This document shows, one piece after another, positions 17,365 to 26,072 of a stretch of DNA of 64,000 nucleotides. Positions within the stretch are counted from its first letter, which is position 1; every line of letters starts with the position of its first letter. Source of the DNA: an uncultured Eubacteriales bacterium (GTDB lineage Bacteria; Bacillota; Clostridia; Christensenellales; CAG-138). The notes beneath the pieces were generated by a model, which was not told the origin of the DNA, searched no databases, and saw only the letters and a list, made by a program, of their open reading frames with translations. A program made the position numbers and the translations under genes. The stretch is from assembly GCA_942492885.1 (NCBI GenBank), contig OW818651.1:2479513-2543512 (forward strand). The letters run 5' to 3'.

Positions 17365-18294
17365 ATGATTCGGACATTGGTCGCTGTGGCGTTTGTCATC
17401 GCGTGCTATTTCATCTTTTATCTGATCGCCATGGCGCGCACGAAGCAAAAGCGCAAGATGGACGAGCGTGTGCGTACGCTCTTTGAGCTCGGCGCAAATG
17501 AAAACGCAAACAAGCGCTCCGGCAAAGGTATTCAACGCAAGAATCCGCTCCGGCTGGAGCAGATTGCCGACGAGTTGTATGTTGCGGGCGTCGCGCTGCG
17601 CGCAGAGGAGTTCATCACCATCTGGGTTTTCACAGGAGTCGTACTTCCGGCAATCGTGCTGTTTCTCGGTGCGCCGGTCACGGTTTGTATTGGTCTCGTC
17701 ATCGTCGGCGCCGCGGCGCCGATCAGCTGGGTGACGATCAAGCGAAACAAACGGCTTGCGCTGTTAGGCACGCAGCTTTCCGATGCGCTAGCGATCATCT
17801 GCAACGCGCTGCGCGTGGGGCAGTCGTTTCAGTCTGCCATGAAGAACGTTGCAGAAGAGATGGAAGAACCCATCTCGCGCGAGTTTATGCGCGTCTATCG
17901 CGAAACACAATACGGTATGCCGCTGGAGACAAGCCTTGGCCGTCTCATCACACGGACAAAAAATCCGGATTTGGAGCTGATGTCCTCTGCCGTCATCATT
18001 CAGCGGCAGATCGGCGGCAACCTTTCCGTGATTTTGCAGAATATTTCAGATACGATCAATCAGCGCATCCGCCTGCGCGGGGAAATTCGAACCATGACCT
18101 CCGCCGGACGCATGAGCGGCTATATCATCGGCGCACTGCCGGGGTTTATTATCCTGCTGCTGATGTTCATCAACCCGGGCTATATCAATATGTTTTTTAC
18201 AACCCCGAACGGGCGCATCATGCTGCTGATCAGCGCGATTCTGGAGATCATCGGTTTTTCGATCGTCAGCAAGATCGTCAACATCAAACTTTAG
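17365..18294 (+). CDS. tadB: Tad inner-membrane platform protein TadB
   Basis: T2SS-F-type: QLSDALAIICNALRVGQSF, QRQIGGNL, EIRTMTSAGR. Start 17365 fits SD spacing better than 17356. Confidence 0.9.
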   Translation: MIRTLVAVAFVIACYFIFYLIAMARTKQKRKMDERVRTLFELGANENANKRSGKGIQRKNPLRLEQIADELYVAGVALRAEEFITIWVFTGVVLPAIVLFLGAPVTVCIGLVIVGAAAPISWVTIKRNKRLALLGTQLSDALAIICNALRVGQSFQSAMKNVAEEMEEPISREFMRVYRETQYGMPLETSLGRLITRTKNPDLELMSSAVIIQRQIGGNLSVILQNISDTINQRIRLRGEIRTMTSAGRMSGYIIGALPGFIILLLMFINPGYINMFFTTPNGRIMLLISAILEIIGFSIVSKIVNIKL

Positions 18295-18309
18295 AGAGGA
18301 GGATGCCGC

Positions 18310-19236
18310 ATGAGGCTTGTTGTTCTGTTTTTTACCATCGCGGTGTTTCTCTCTTTGCTTGCATTGCTGTACGGGGCTGGAATCAAAAGCGACCAGATGC
18401 GCAAGCGCTTCACTCAGGTTGTGGAGACGGAGCGCGCCTATAGCGACGAGGAACTCCGAAAATCCTTTTCCGAGCGCGTGCTCAAACCCTTCATCAAGCG
18501 GGTCTCCGAAGGGATACGCCGCTCAGCGGGCAACAGCAAGCCGGTGGGACAAAGCAAAGCGTCCATCAAGCTCGACAAACAGATCAAGGCATCCGGCATG
18601 GCGCTCTCGTTGCAGGAGTTCTCGTTTATCAAAAGCATGCTGCTGCTCGTGTTTATCCTGCTTGGCATCGCAATGTTTGTCCTGCTGCCGCTGAGCTTCC
18701 TGTTCCGGCTCGTGATTCTGATGGTTATGCTGAATATCCCGCTTTACGGAACCAGCTATTTTCTCACCTCCCGCGTGAAAGGCCGGAAAAACGCCATCCT
18801 GCGCGAGCTGCCGGAGACGATGGACGTTCTGGTAGTGAGCGTGGAGGCAGGGCTGGGACTGGATGCTGCCATTGTGCGGCAATATGCCAAGAATAAGAAC
18901 GTCGTGCTCACGGAGCTCAACAACGCAATCCGCGAGGTGCAGATGGGCGTTCCGCGCAGAACCGCACTCAAGGAGATGGCGGATCGCTGCGACGTCAAGG
19001 AGATGACCGCGTTCGTCACCGCGCTGTTGCAGGCGGATCAGCTGGGCGTTCCGATCAAGAATGTGTTGGAAGTACAGGCAGAACGGCTCAGGGTTGAGCG
19101 CAAGCAGAGAATTCAGGCTGTGGCGGCAAAAGCGCCGATCAAGATCATGCTGCCGACAGTGCTGTTTATCTTTCCCGTGATCTTCATCATCCTGCTTGGT
19201 CCCGCGGCTGTGAGCATGATGGCCACGCTGCGCTAA
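18310..19236 (+). CDS. tadC: Tad inner-membrane platform protein TadC
   Basis: ELPETMDVLVVSVEAGLGLDAAI, QADQLGVPI, AAKAPIKIMLP. Confidence 0.92.
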   Translation: MRLVVLFFTIAVFLSLLALLYGAGIKSDQMRKRFTQVVETERAYSDEELRKSFSERVLKPFIKRVSEGIRRSAGNSKPVGQSKASIKLDKQIKASGMALSLQEFSFIKSMLLLVFILLGIAMFVLLPLSFLFRLVILMVMLNIPLYGTSYFLTSRVKGRKNAILRELPETMDVLVVSVEAGLGLDAAIVRQYAKNKNVVLTELNNAIREVQMGVPRRTALKEMADRCDVKEMTAFVTALLQADQLGVPIKNVLEVQAERLRVERKQRIQAVAAKAPIKIMLPTVLFIFPVIFIILLGPAAVSMMATLR

Positions 19237-19320
19237 AGTAAAGATAGAAATACGCAACCCCGTTCGCTTTTGACAGGCGAAAGAATATAAAACCCGCCTA
19301 AACTGACAGTGAGGAACCGC

Positions 19321-19662
19321 ATGAAGAGTGTTACAATCGCAAAAAACGGCGAAACCATCGCGCAGGTTTGGCACGCAACCGGATATTTTGCCAGACTGCG
19401 CGGACTGTTGGGGCGATCACTGCAGGCGGACGGCGGCATGCTGCTCACTCCCTGTAACGCCATTCACACCATCGGCATGGGCTATGCGATCGACGCGCTG
19501 TATCTGGACCGGCAGGGGCGCGTGCTGAGAATTGATGAATCACTCAAACCGGGCAGGGTACTGCCGCATCAGCGCGGCGCGAAACATGTTCTCGAGTTGC
19601 CGGACGGCTGCGCAAAGCGGCGCAACATTTCGGCGGGGGACATATTGGAGGTAATCCGATGA
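19321..19662 (+). CDS. DUF192 family protein
   Basis: FARLRGLLGR...GMLLTPCNAIHTIGM...IDALYLD...VLELP. Confidence 0.85.
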   Translation: MKSVTIAKNGETIAQVWHATGYFARLRGLLGRSLQADGGMLLTPCNAIHTIGMGYAIDALYLDRQGRVLRIDESLKPGRVLPHQRGAKHVLELPDGCAKRRNISAGDILEVIR

Positions 19663-20594
19663 ACGAGCGAATCGAGCGCAACGAAGAGGGAATCGATTCC
19701 CTGCGCAGCCGCATGGACGCGGACGCACGGTTTCGCCGCTCTTTATCCGGCTATGACCCGCAGGATGTGCGCGCATATGTGGAGAACGTAAAGCGAATTT
19801 TCGCGCAGCAGACAAAAGCCGCAAAACTCGAGCAGGATCAGTTGCTCGCCCAGCTGGATTCCGCTAAGAGCGAAATTCAGGCGCGCAACTACGGCATCAA
19901 GAAGTTTAAAGAGTTGCTGGTCGAGCGCGAAGTGCAGCTCAACACCGCGAACACGCGCATCAACGCGCTCCTGCAGACCGTCAAGTCGCATGGCGCGGAG
20001 CGCGAGGAGCTCGAGCGCCTGCGTCAGGATGTGGCGAGCAGCGGTAATTTGGAGCGGATTCAACACCTGGAGAAGGAAACACAGCAGCTGCGTTCCGCGG
20101 TTGCGCAGGCGTCCAACCTGGTCAACACCTGGAAGGCGGAGCGCGAACGGCTGATGGAAGAGAACGATCGCCTGCGCGAAGAGGTCTACTATATGCGCGC
20201 GGTGGCGATGAAGCCCGAGCAAAACGCAGAACCGAACCGCCCGTATCCTGTGCAAAACACGGAACCGAACCGCCCGTATCCCGTGCAAAACGCATACCCC
20301 GGCGCATACGAGCAGAACACGCGCCCGCGCGCGGACGTGATCACCGCGGAGAACCGCTTTGTGCAGCCTGCCGTGCAACAGCCCGTGCAGCAGCCCGTGG
20401 TAAATTCGCAGCAAAAAGAATTCTCGCAGGTGGCCGATAAACTCGCGACCATGTTCGCCGAGGCGTATCAGCTCATCAGCCAGTTTAAGTCCAATCTGGA
20501 TGCGCAGCCGGAGCAGCAGCGCGCAGGGCAGCCTGCGATGCAGATCTTGCGCCCGGACACCGTGAATGCGGATGTGTTCTATCCCAGAAGATAG
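19659..20594 (+). CDS. Coiled-coil protein with DivIVA/GpsB-like N-terminal motif and P/Q-rich tail
   Basis: FRRSLSGYDPQDVRAYVE resembles the DivIVA F-x3-FRGYD-x2-EV motif; long heptad region; ATGA overlap with DUF192. Confidence 0.6.
   Translation: MNERIERNEEGIDSLRSRMDADARFRRSLSGYDPQDVRAYVENVKRIFAQQTKAAKLEQDQLLAQLDSAKSEIQARNYGIKKFKELLVEREVQLNTANTRINALLQTVKSHGAEREELERLRQDVASSGNLERIQHLEKETQQLRSAVAQASNLVNTWKAERERLMEENDRLREEVYYMRAVAMKPEQNAEPNRPYPVQNTEPNRPYPVQNAYPGAYEQNTRPRADVITAENRFVQPAVQQPVQQPVVNSQQKEFSQVADKLATMFAEAYQLISQFKSNLDAQPEQQRAGQPAMQILRPDTVNADVFYPRR
20220..20294 (+). repeat. 33-bp in-frame tandem repeat (about 2.3 copies; QN[A/T]EPNRPYPV)
   Basis: caaaacgcagaaccgaaccgcccgtatcctgtg / caaaacacggaaccgaaccgcccgtatcccgtg / caaaacgca. 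Confidence 0.92.
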
Positions 20595-20618
20595 TGCCTC
20601 AAGGCAAATGAACACAAG

Positions 20619-20664
20619 AAAAGCGCAGAAGCTACGGCAGAGGGCCGCGCGTTTGCGCTTTTTT
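20619..20664. terminator. Intrinsic terminator ending the tad operon
   Basis: aaaagcgca...tgcgctttttt between convergent genes. Confidence 0.65.
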
Positions 20665-20725
20665 GCAGGACATCCGGTAACGATTGCACCAATATAGAGA
20701 GAAACGATTCAGGCAAGAGATGCCG

Positions 20726-21163
20726 TTAGTTGGTTTTCTCGTTGCGGTAGAGGATCACCTTGCGGGCAAAGAAATTCCAGAACAGCACGACGGCTGAGGC
20801 GACCACCTTGGAGATCATGTAGTGAAACTGCACGATTTCCGTGAAAAAATACAAGAGCGCTTCGGTTAAGCCTAGTCCGACCAGCCCGATGAGTGCATAG
20901 CCCGCAAACTCCAGCACGCGCCCGACCCGCGCGGTCTCGGCGCGAAACACCAGCGCCCGCGAGAGCAGGAAGTTAAACACGAGCCCCGCGACAAACCCAA
21001 AGCACGCGGCAAGCAGATAGTGCATCCCTGCGCGCGCAAATAACCACAAAACGCCCGCGTCGACGAGGAACGAACACCCGCCGACGAACACATAGCGGAA
21101 GAACTGGATGAGCGGCCGCGTGGTCGGCTCGGTAAACAGCGTCTTGAACAAGGATTTTTCCAT
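20726..21163 (-). CDS. GtrA-family lipid-linked sugar flippase
   Basis: QFFRYVFVGGCSFLVD...NFLLSRALVF...SKVVASAVVLFWNFFARK; four TM helices. Confidence 0.9.
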   Translation of the reverse strand: MEKSLFKTLFTEPTTRPLIQFFRYVFVGGCSFLVDAGVLWLFARAGMHYLLAACFGFVAGLVFNFLLSRALVFRAETARVGRVLEFAGYALIGLVGLGLTEALLYFFTEIVQFHYMISKVVASAVVLFWNFFARKVILYRNEKTN

Positions 21164-21183
21164 CTATGCCTCCGTGTGGCGTG

Positions 21184-22737
21184 TTACGATTTCTTTTCGT
21201 GATAGCTCTGCTCGGTGTTGACGTTCCAGACGTTTTCGCGGCTCGACACACCGGCGCGGATGTTTGATACCGCTTCAAACGCCGTTGCCATGGAGTGATC
21301 CATGTTGTTGTAGCGGTGCTGTCCGTTGCGCCCGATGCAATAGAGGTTTTCAAACCCGTCCAAATACGTTTTGACCCGGTCGATCTCGGCATAGGTGTCA
21401 AAATAGGCCGGATACGCCTTTGCAACGCGCTCTCGGCAGCTGCTGAGGATGGGTGTGTCGTCGCCGATGATGCCGATGCGGATGAGCTCCTCCACTGCAA
21501 GGCGTGTGCAAGCCTCTTCGGTGAGATTCCAGAATTCGTCCCCCTCAGCGCAGAAATACTCCAGCCCGACCCAGACTGTGTTGAGCGGATCTTGCACCAT
21601 ATAGGGCGACCAGTTGTTGAAGATCTGTACGCGGCCTATCTTCACGCTCTGATCCTGCACATAGATCCAGCAGTCGGGGACGATGTCTCCCAGCGTGCGG
21701 ATGCCGGTCGTGTTCTTGAGCTTAAGGCGGTCGACTAAAAGGCCGACGGTGACAAAATCGCGATATGGCAGGCCGTCTGCAATCTGCCGAATCTCGCCGG
21801 GCACCTCCGGTAGGCCCGCGATCAGCGCACGCAGCGGCATGGAGGAGAGCACGAGATCGCAGGGGACTGCCTCGCCGCCGCAAAGAACCGCCGTGATGCG
21901 GTTTTGATCACAGGAAAAGCCGGTTACAGCTTTACCGAACAGAACGTCGCCGCCGCGCGCGCGCACCTGGTCGCAAACCGTTTCCCAGAGCTGACCGGGG
22001 CCAAACTTCGGATAGGCGAACTCCTCGATGAGCGAGGTTTCCACTGTGCGCCTGCTCTTTGGCAGCAGCCGCTCTAGTTTGTTTTTGATCAGCGCGAGGA
22101 TCGAAAGTCCCTTGACGCGCTGTGCACCCCAGTCCGCGGAGATGCGGCTCGGATGCCGCCCCCAGACTTTCTCGGTATAGCTCTCGAAAAACATGCTGTA
22201 GAGCACCTTGCCAAAACGATTGATGTAGAAATTTTCCAGCGACGTCTCCGGCAGTTTGCGAACGCAGGCGTAGAGATAGGAAAACCCCGCACGCAGGGTG
22301 GTAAGAAGCCCCATGTTGCGAAGGGTAGACCACCTCAGGCTGATCGGATAATCATAAAAGTTGCCGCCGAAATAGATCCGCGAGACGCGGCGGCGGCTGA
22401 GCATGACGCGATCCTCCCGCTCCGGGTCCGGGCCGCCGGGCGAAAGACGCGCTTCCCGCACCAGCACGCGCTCATCCAGCGCAGGCTGGCCTTGCATGGG
22501 GAGCATGCCTTCCCACCATTTGGTAACGCGCGCATCCTTGGAGAAAAAGCGGTGTCCGCCGATGTCGATCCGGTTTCCGGCGTGCTGCACGGTCTTGGAG
22601 ATTCCGCCGACGCGCGTGTCCTCTTCGAGGATAGTGACGCGATATGATTCCGGCTCTGAGAGCAGTTCATACGCTGCGGTAAGCCCTGCCGGGCCCGCAC
22701 CGATGATGACCACATGCGTTTGTTTCGGTTGTGACAT
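21184..22737 (-). CDS. FAD-dependent oxidoreductase (protoporphyrinogen oxidase / UDP-galactopyranose mutase-like superfamily)
   Basis: [50 protein letters not shown]. Confidence 0.8.
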   Translation of the reverse strand: MSQPKQTHVVIIGAGPAGLTAAYELLSEPESYRVTILEEDTRVGGISKTVQHAGNRIDIGGHRFFSKDARVTKWWEGMLPMQGQPALDERVLVREARLSPGGPDPEREDRVMLSRRRVSRIYFGGNFYDYPISLRWSTLRNMGLLTTLRAGFSYLYACVRKLPETSLENFYINRFGKVLYSMFFESYTEKVWGRHPSRISADWGAQRVKGLSILALIKNKLERLLPKSRRTVETSLIEEFAYPKFGPGQLWETVCDQVRARGGDVLFGKAVTGFSCDQNRITAVLCGGEAVPCDLVLSSMPLRALIAGLPEVPGEIRQIADGLPYRDFVTVGLLVDRLKLKNTTGIRTLGDIVPDCWIYVQDQSVKIGRVQIFNNWSPYMVQDPLNTVWVGLEYFCAEGDEFWNLTEEACTRLAVEELIRIGIIGDDTPILSSCRERVAKAYPAYFDTYAEIDRVKTYLDGFENLYCIGRNGQHRYNNMDHSMATAFEAVSNIRAGVSSRENVWNVNTEQSYHEKKS

Positions 22738-22960
22738 TTGCGCTCCTTATGATGATTGTTTCGGGATGAAACAGGCGAAAGAGATCTGTTTGAGTTCGCT
22801 CCATCATACCATTTTTCGTCTGCGAAAAAAAGGCAATCGCGAGAATTCACCCAGCACTTTACGCAAAGTGTGTGTCGCAAAAAGAATAAAAACCATTAGA
22901 ATATCCATTTGGATTGAGCCGCGCACGGGACGTGTGCATAGAGGAATGAGGACGGTTGTA

Positions 22961-24478
22961 ATGAGCCAACTTGAGCAAGAGCAAGCGACAAAGCGCGCAG
23001 CGCCAAAGCAGGATACGGCGCTTGCGCTGCCGGAAAAACAGAATCGCACAACCAAGTGGATTTTGATGCTGCTCGTCTTTCTTCCTTGCGTACTCGTGAA
23101 TCTACAGCTGGATAACGATCTTTGGTTCTTGCTCAACAGCGGGCGCTTTGTATTACAACACGGCATTCCGACCATTGAGCCGTTCACCCTCCATCAGAAT
23201 TTCAGTTTTGTGATGCAGCAGTGGCTCTCCGCCGTGATCTTCTGGGGCGTCTACTCCAAGCTTGGCGCGGTCGGCATCCTTGCGCTTGTGTTTATGCTCT
23301 ATTGCGCAATCGTCTTTGTGACGTATCGGCTCACACTGCGCATCTCGGACGGAAACCAGATTGCGTCGTTTCTCGCAACCATCGTGACCTCTGCGGCGCT
23401 CAGGCTAGTCATGACATCCCGCCCGATGATTTTTACGATGCTGCTGTTGATTTGCGAACTGTATCTCGTTGAGCGATTCATCCGCTCATCAAGCGTGTGG
23501 TTTCTCATTCCGCTTCCGGTGCTCTCCGCGCTGCTGATCAATCTGCACGCGGCGATGTGGCCGATTCAGTTTGTGATTTTGCTGCCGTACATGATCGACG
23601 CGTTTCGCTTCAAGGTCTTGTTTGTCGAAGGGCAGGGATATCCCAAACGGTATTTCTTCCCGGCGATCGGGCTGATGTTTGGCGCGGGGTTTCTGAATCC
23701 CTACGGCTGGGATGCGATGAGCTATGTTTTTCGCTCCTACGGGTTTCGGGAGATCAGCGTGGTGCAGGAGATGCAGTCCGCGAACATCAACACGGTTTCC
23801 GGAAAGCTGATCTTCGGTGCGTTCTTCCTGCTACTTGCGATCTACATGCTCAAAAAGGAGCGAAAGACGCGTCTGCGCTACGCGCTCTTGCCGCTTGGTA
23901 CGGCGGTGCTCGCGCTGTCCTCACTGAGGAGCTTTTCGCTGTTTGCCGTGTGCGGCATCTTCCCGCTGGCGTACTTCCTGAAGAATGTAACGTTGCCCAC
24001 GGGCAAGATTAAATCACAACAAGGCGTCCTGCGCCTCCGGGCGGCTTTAATCGCGCTGGTCGCGCTGGCGGTCGGGTTGCTGTTTTTCCAGCGCGTGAGC
24101 ACCTTTGTCAAAACAGATGAAGCGCCGGAGGTATCAACGGCGGTCAATTATCTGCTCGAACACGAGCAGACGCAGGACATGGTGCTCTACACGGGCTATA
24201 ACGACGGCGGATACGCGGAGTTTATGGGGTTGAAGCCCTATATCGACCCCAGAGCCGAAGTGTTCGTCAAGAAGAACAACGGGCAAAGAGACGTCATGAA
24301 GGAGTATTATGAACTGCAATATGGACAGAAATACTATAAAGAAGTGATCGAGCACTATCACTTTACGCATCTGCTCCTCACGCATGAGGATCTGCTGTCT
24401 ACATATTTACCGCATGATGCGGCATATAAGCTGATTTACGAAGACAGCGTGTATTTGATCTATCGAAGCAGAGGATGA
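22961..24478 (+). CDS. Polytopic membrane protein, GT-C-like glycosyltransferase candidate
   Basis: About 11-13 hydrophobic segments; DNDLWFLLNSG in the first outer loop; C-terminal soluble domain YNDGGY...YIDPRAEVF. ATG 22961 behind GAGGA (the 22403 extension overlaps the opposite gene). Confidence 0.6.
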   Translation: MSQLEQEQATKRAAPKQDTALALPEKQNRTTKWILMLLVFLPCVLVNLQLDNDLWFLLNSGRFVLQHGIPTIEPFTLHQNFSFVMQQWLSAVIFWGVYSKLGAVGILALVFMLYCAIVFVTYRLTLRISDGNQIASFLATIVTSAALRLVMTSRPMIFTMLLLICELYLVERFIRSSSVWFLIPLPVLSALLINLHAAMWPIQFVILLPYMIDAFRFKVLFVEGQGYPKRYFFPAIGLMFGAGFLNPYGWDAMSYVFRSYGFREISVVQEMQSANINTVSGKLIFGAFFLLLAIYMLKKERKTRLRYALLPLGTAVLALSSLRSFSLFAVCGIFPLAYFLKNVTLPTGKIKSQQGVLRLRAALIALVALAVGLLFFQRVSTFVKTDEAPEVSTAVNYLLEHEQTQDMVLYTGYNDGGYAEFMGLKPYIDPRAEVFVKKNNGQRDVMKEYYELQYGQKYYKEVIEHYHFTHLLLTHEDLLSTYLPHDAAYKLIYEDSVYLIYRSRG

Positions 24479-24607
24479 AGTGCGCAGCGCGATTTGTCAA
24501 ACCCGGGTGATTTACGTATAACAGCCGGAAAAAACAGAATGCACGCAGCATGATTGCCTGCTTGCACAGCACATTCTGGTGAGACTGTCGTGTTACATCG
24601 GAACTTC

Positions 24608-24635
24608 TTGACTTTTTTAGTTGATCGAATATACT
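24608..24635 (+). promoter_or_regulatory. sigmaA-type promoter for tadG
   Basis: TTGACT-16-TATACT. Confidence 0.6.
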
Positions 24636-24654
24636 GACAATAGTTTGGGAAATG

Positions 24655-24737
24655 ATTGGCAATCCGCGTAAATGCGGGTGCTGTAAAGGCAAGTATCGAC
24701 CAATCCGCGCGCTTGCGCGGTAGGGTTGCCGGATGGC
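24655..24737 (+). ncRNA. Structured 5' leader, degenerate c-di-GMP-I-like
   Basis: GGCAAU-CCGCG-UAAA-UGCGG...GUAAAGGC...CCAAUC-CGCGC/GCGCG-GUAGG-GUUGCC-GGAUGGC keeps GEMM motif order, but part of P3 is missing. Confidence 0.35.
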
Positions 24738-24763
24738 GACCGACAGTTTGGGAGGAGATCTAT

Positions 24764-25900
24764 ATGCGTTCCATCATTCAATGGCTCAAAAAGGAAGCGG
24801 GGCAATCCATCATTCTGGTTGCGATCTCCATCGCGCTGCTTTGCGGTGTTGTGGCGCTTGTCGCCGATGTCGGCATGGTATCCGTGAGTCAGGGTCAGCT
24901 GCAAAACGCGGCGGACGCTGCCGCGCTTGCCGCCGCACGCGACCTGCCAACCGCAGCCACGGCCAAGAGCACCGCGGTGAAATATGCCGGCTACAACGGC
25001 GTCGCCGCCGCGGACACGACGGCCACCACCCCCTACAAAGGCAATGCCAACCGCATTGAAGTCGTCTGCAAAGAGACGGTCAACTATACGTTTGCGCGAG
25101 TCATCGGGCTCAACAGCACGGTGGTCTCCGCCCGCGCAGTCGCCGAAAAATCGGGCGGCGGAGGCGGTTGCTTTGGTTACGCGGTCTTTTCGGGCGGCAA
25201 CTCGCTGCTCCTTGGTATGTATTCCAGCGCACTCAACATCACGGGAAGCGTGCACTCGAACTATTCGCTGATGATCACGGGTTCCAGCCAGACGATCACC
25301 GGAAATGCGGAAGCTGTCACCTCGCTGAACTGCTATGTTTCTTCGATTACAATCGGCGGTGTTGCGCAGGGTGCATCCATCGATATTCAGGGAAGCACAA
25401 TCAACGTTCCCAACCGGCTGACAAGCCCTGCCGCATTTATTCCGATGCCCGATTTTTCGGCTGAAGTGAAGACGGAGGCGACGGCTGCGGGAAATGCATC
25501 AACCGGAAACAAGACGTTCTACGGTACCAACTTCAACGTAGACTCTTCGTTCTATGTGGACGGCAACGTCCAAGTGGCGGCAAGCACGTTCTCGGGACAG
25601 GGAACGATTTGCGCGACGAAAGACATCAACATGAGCGGCAGTATGTTGGAAGCCAACTCGGGTACGGCAGTCTGTCTGTATTCGACCGGCGGCAACATCA
25701 GCCTCTCGACATCAGGGCTGACCATCAATGGAACGCTCTACGCGCCCAATGGAAAAATCGGGATCTACGCCAGCAATATCAACATATACGGCAGGGTCAT
25801 CGCGAAGGAAATCATTATCACGGGCAGCAATGTCAATATCATCTCCGGTTCAACCGACCTTGACTTCCTCGCCGGCGGAACCATCGCGCTGATTGAATAG
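24764..25900 (+). CDS. tadG: TadG-like pseudopilin with C-terminal beta-rich putative adhesin domain
   Basis: KEAGQSIILVAISIALLCGVVALVADVG...QLQNAADAAALAAA...VSARAVA; G/S/T/N-rich C-terminus. ATG 24764 behind GGGAGG. Confidence 0.85.
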   Translation: MRSIIQWLKKEAGQSIILVAISIALLCGVVALVADVGMVSVSQGQLQNAADAAALAAARDLPTAATAKSTAVKYAGYNGVAAADTTATTPYKGNANRIEVVCKETVNYTFARVIGLNSTVVSARAVAEKSGGGGGCFGYAVFSGGNSLLLGMYSSALNITGSVHSNYSLMITGSSQTITGNAEAVTSLNCYVSSITIGGVAQGASIDIQGSTINVPNRLTSPAAFIPMPDFSAEVKTEATAAGNASTGNKTFYGTNFNVDSSFYVDGNVQVAASTFSGQGTICATKDINMSGSMLEANSGTAVCLYSTGGNISLSTSGLTINGTLYAPNGKIGIYASNINIYGRVIAKEIIITGSNVNIISGSTDLDFLAGGTIALIE

Positions 25901-25970
25901 CAACAACAGCTTCGGAATGCTTCGGTAATCTTGACGCAAGACAAAACAGCATACAATATGCGAAACAAAC

Positions 25971-26000
25971 AAGAGGGGATGCAAGCGCATCCTCTCTCTT
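25971..26000. terminator. Intrinsic terminator between convergent genes
   Basis: aagaggggatgc-aagc-gcatcctctctctt. Confidence 0.6.
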
Positions 26001-26072
26001 CGTCTTATCGATTCTATTTTTCAAACTATTGCTTCTATTTTGTTTGATTATCGATTCTATCTTGTCTGAATA

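Noticed and set aside
22403-22960. N-terminal extension of the 691-aa ORF
   Set aside because: Overlaps the opposite-strand oxidoreductase and its promoter; a good SD supports the start at 22961.
24655-24755. c-di-AMP (ydaO) riboswitch reading of the tadG leader
   Set aside because: AAUC..GUAGGG and CCGACAG are similar, but the GGGG/CCCC pairing and GAGGAAC elements are missing.
25500-25900. Asn-codon-rich tadG tail as a DGR variable region
   Set aside because: No template repeat or reverse transcriptase in the window.
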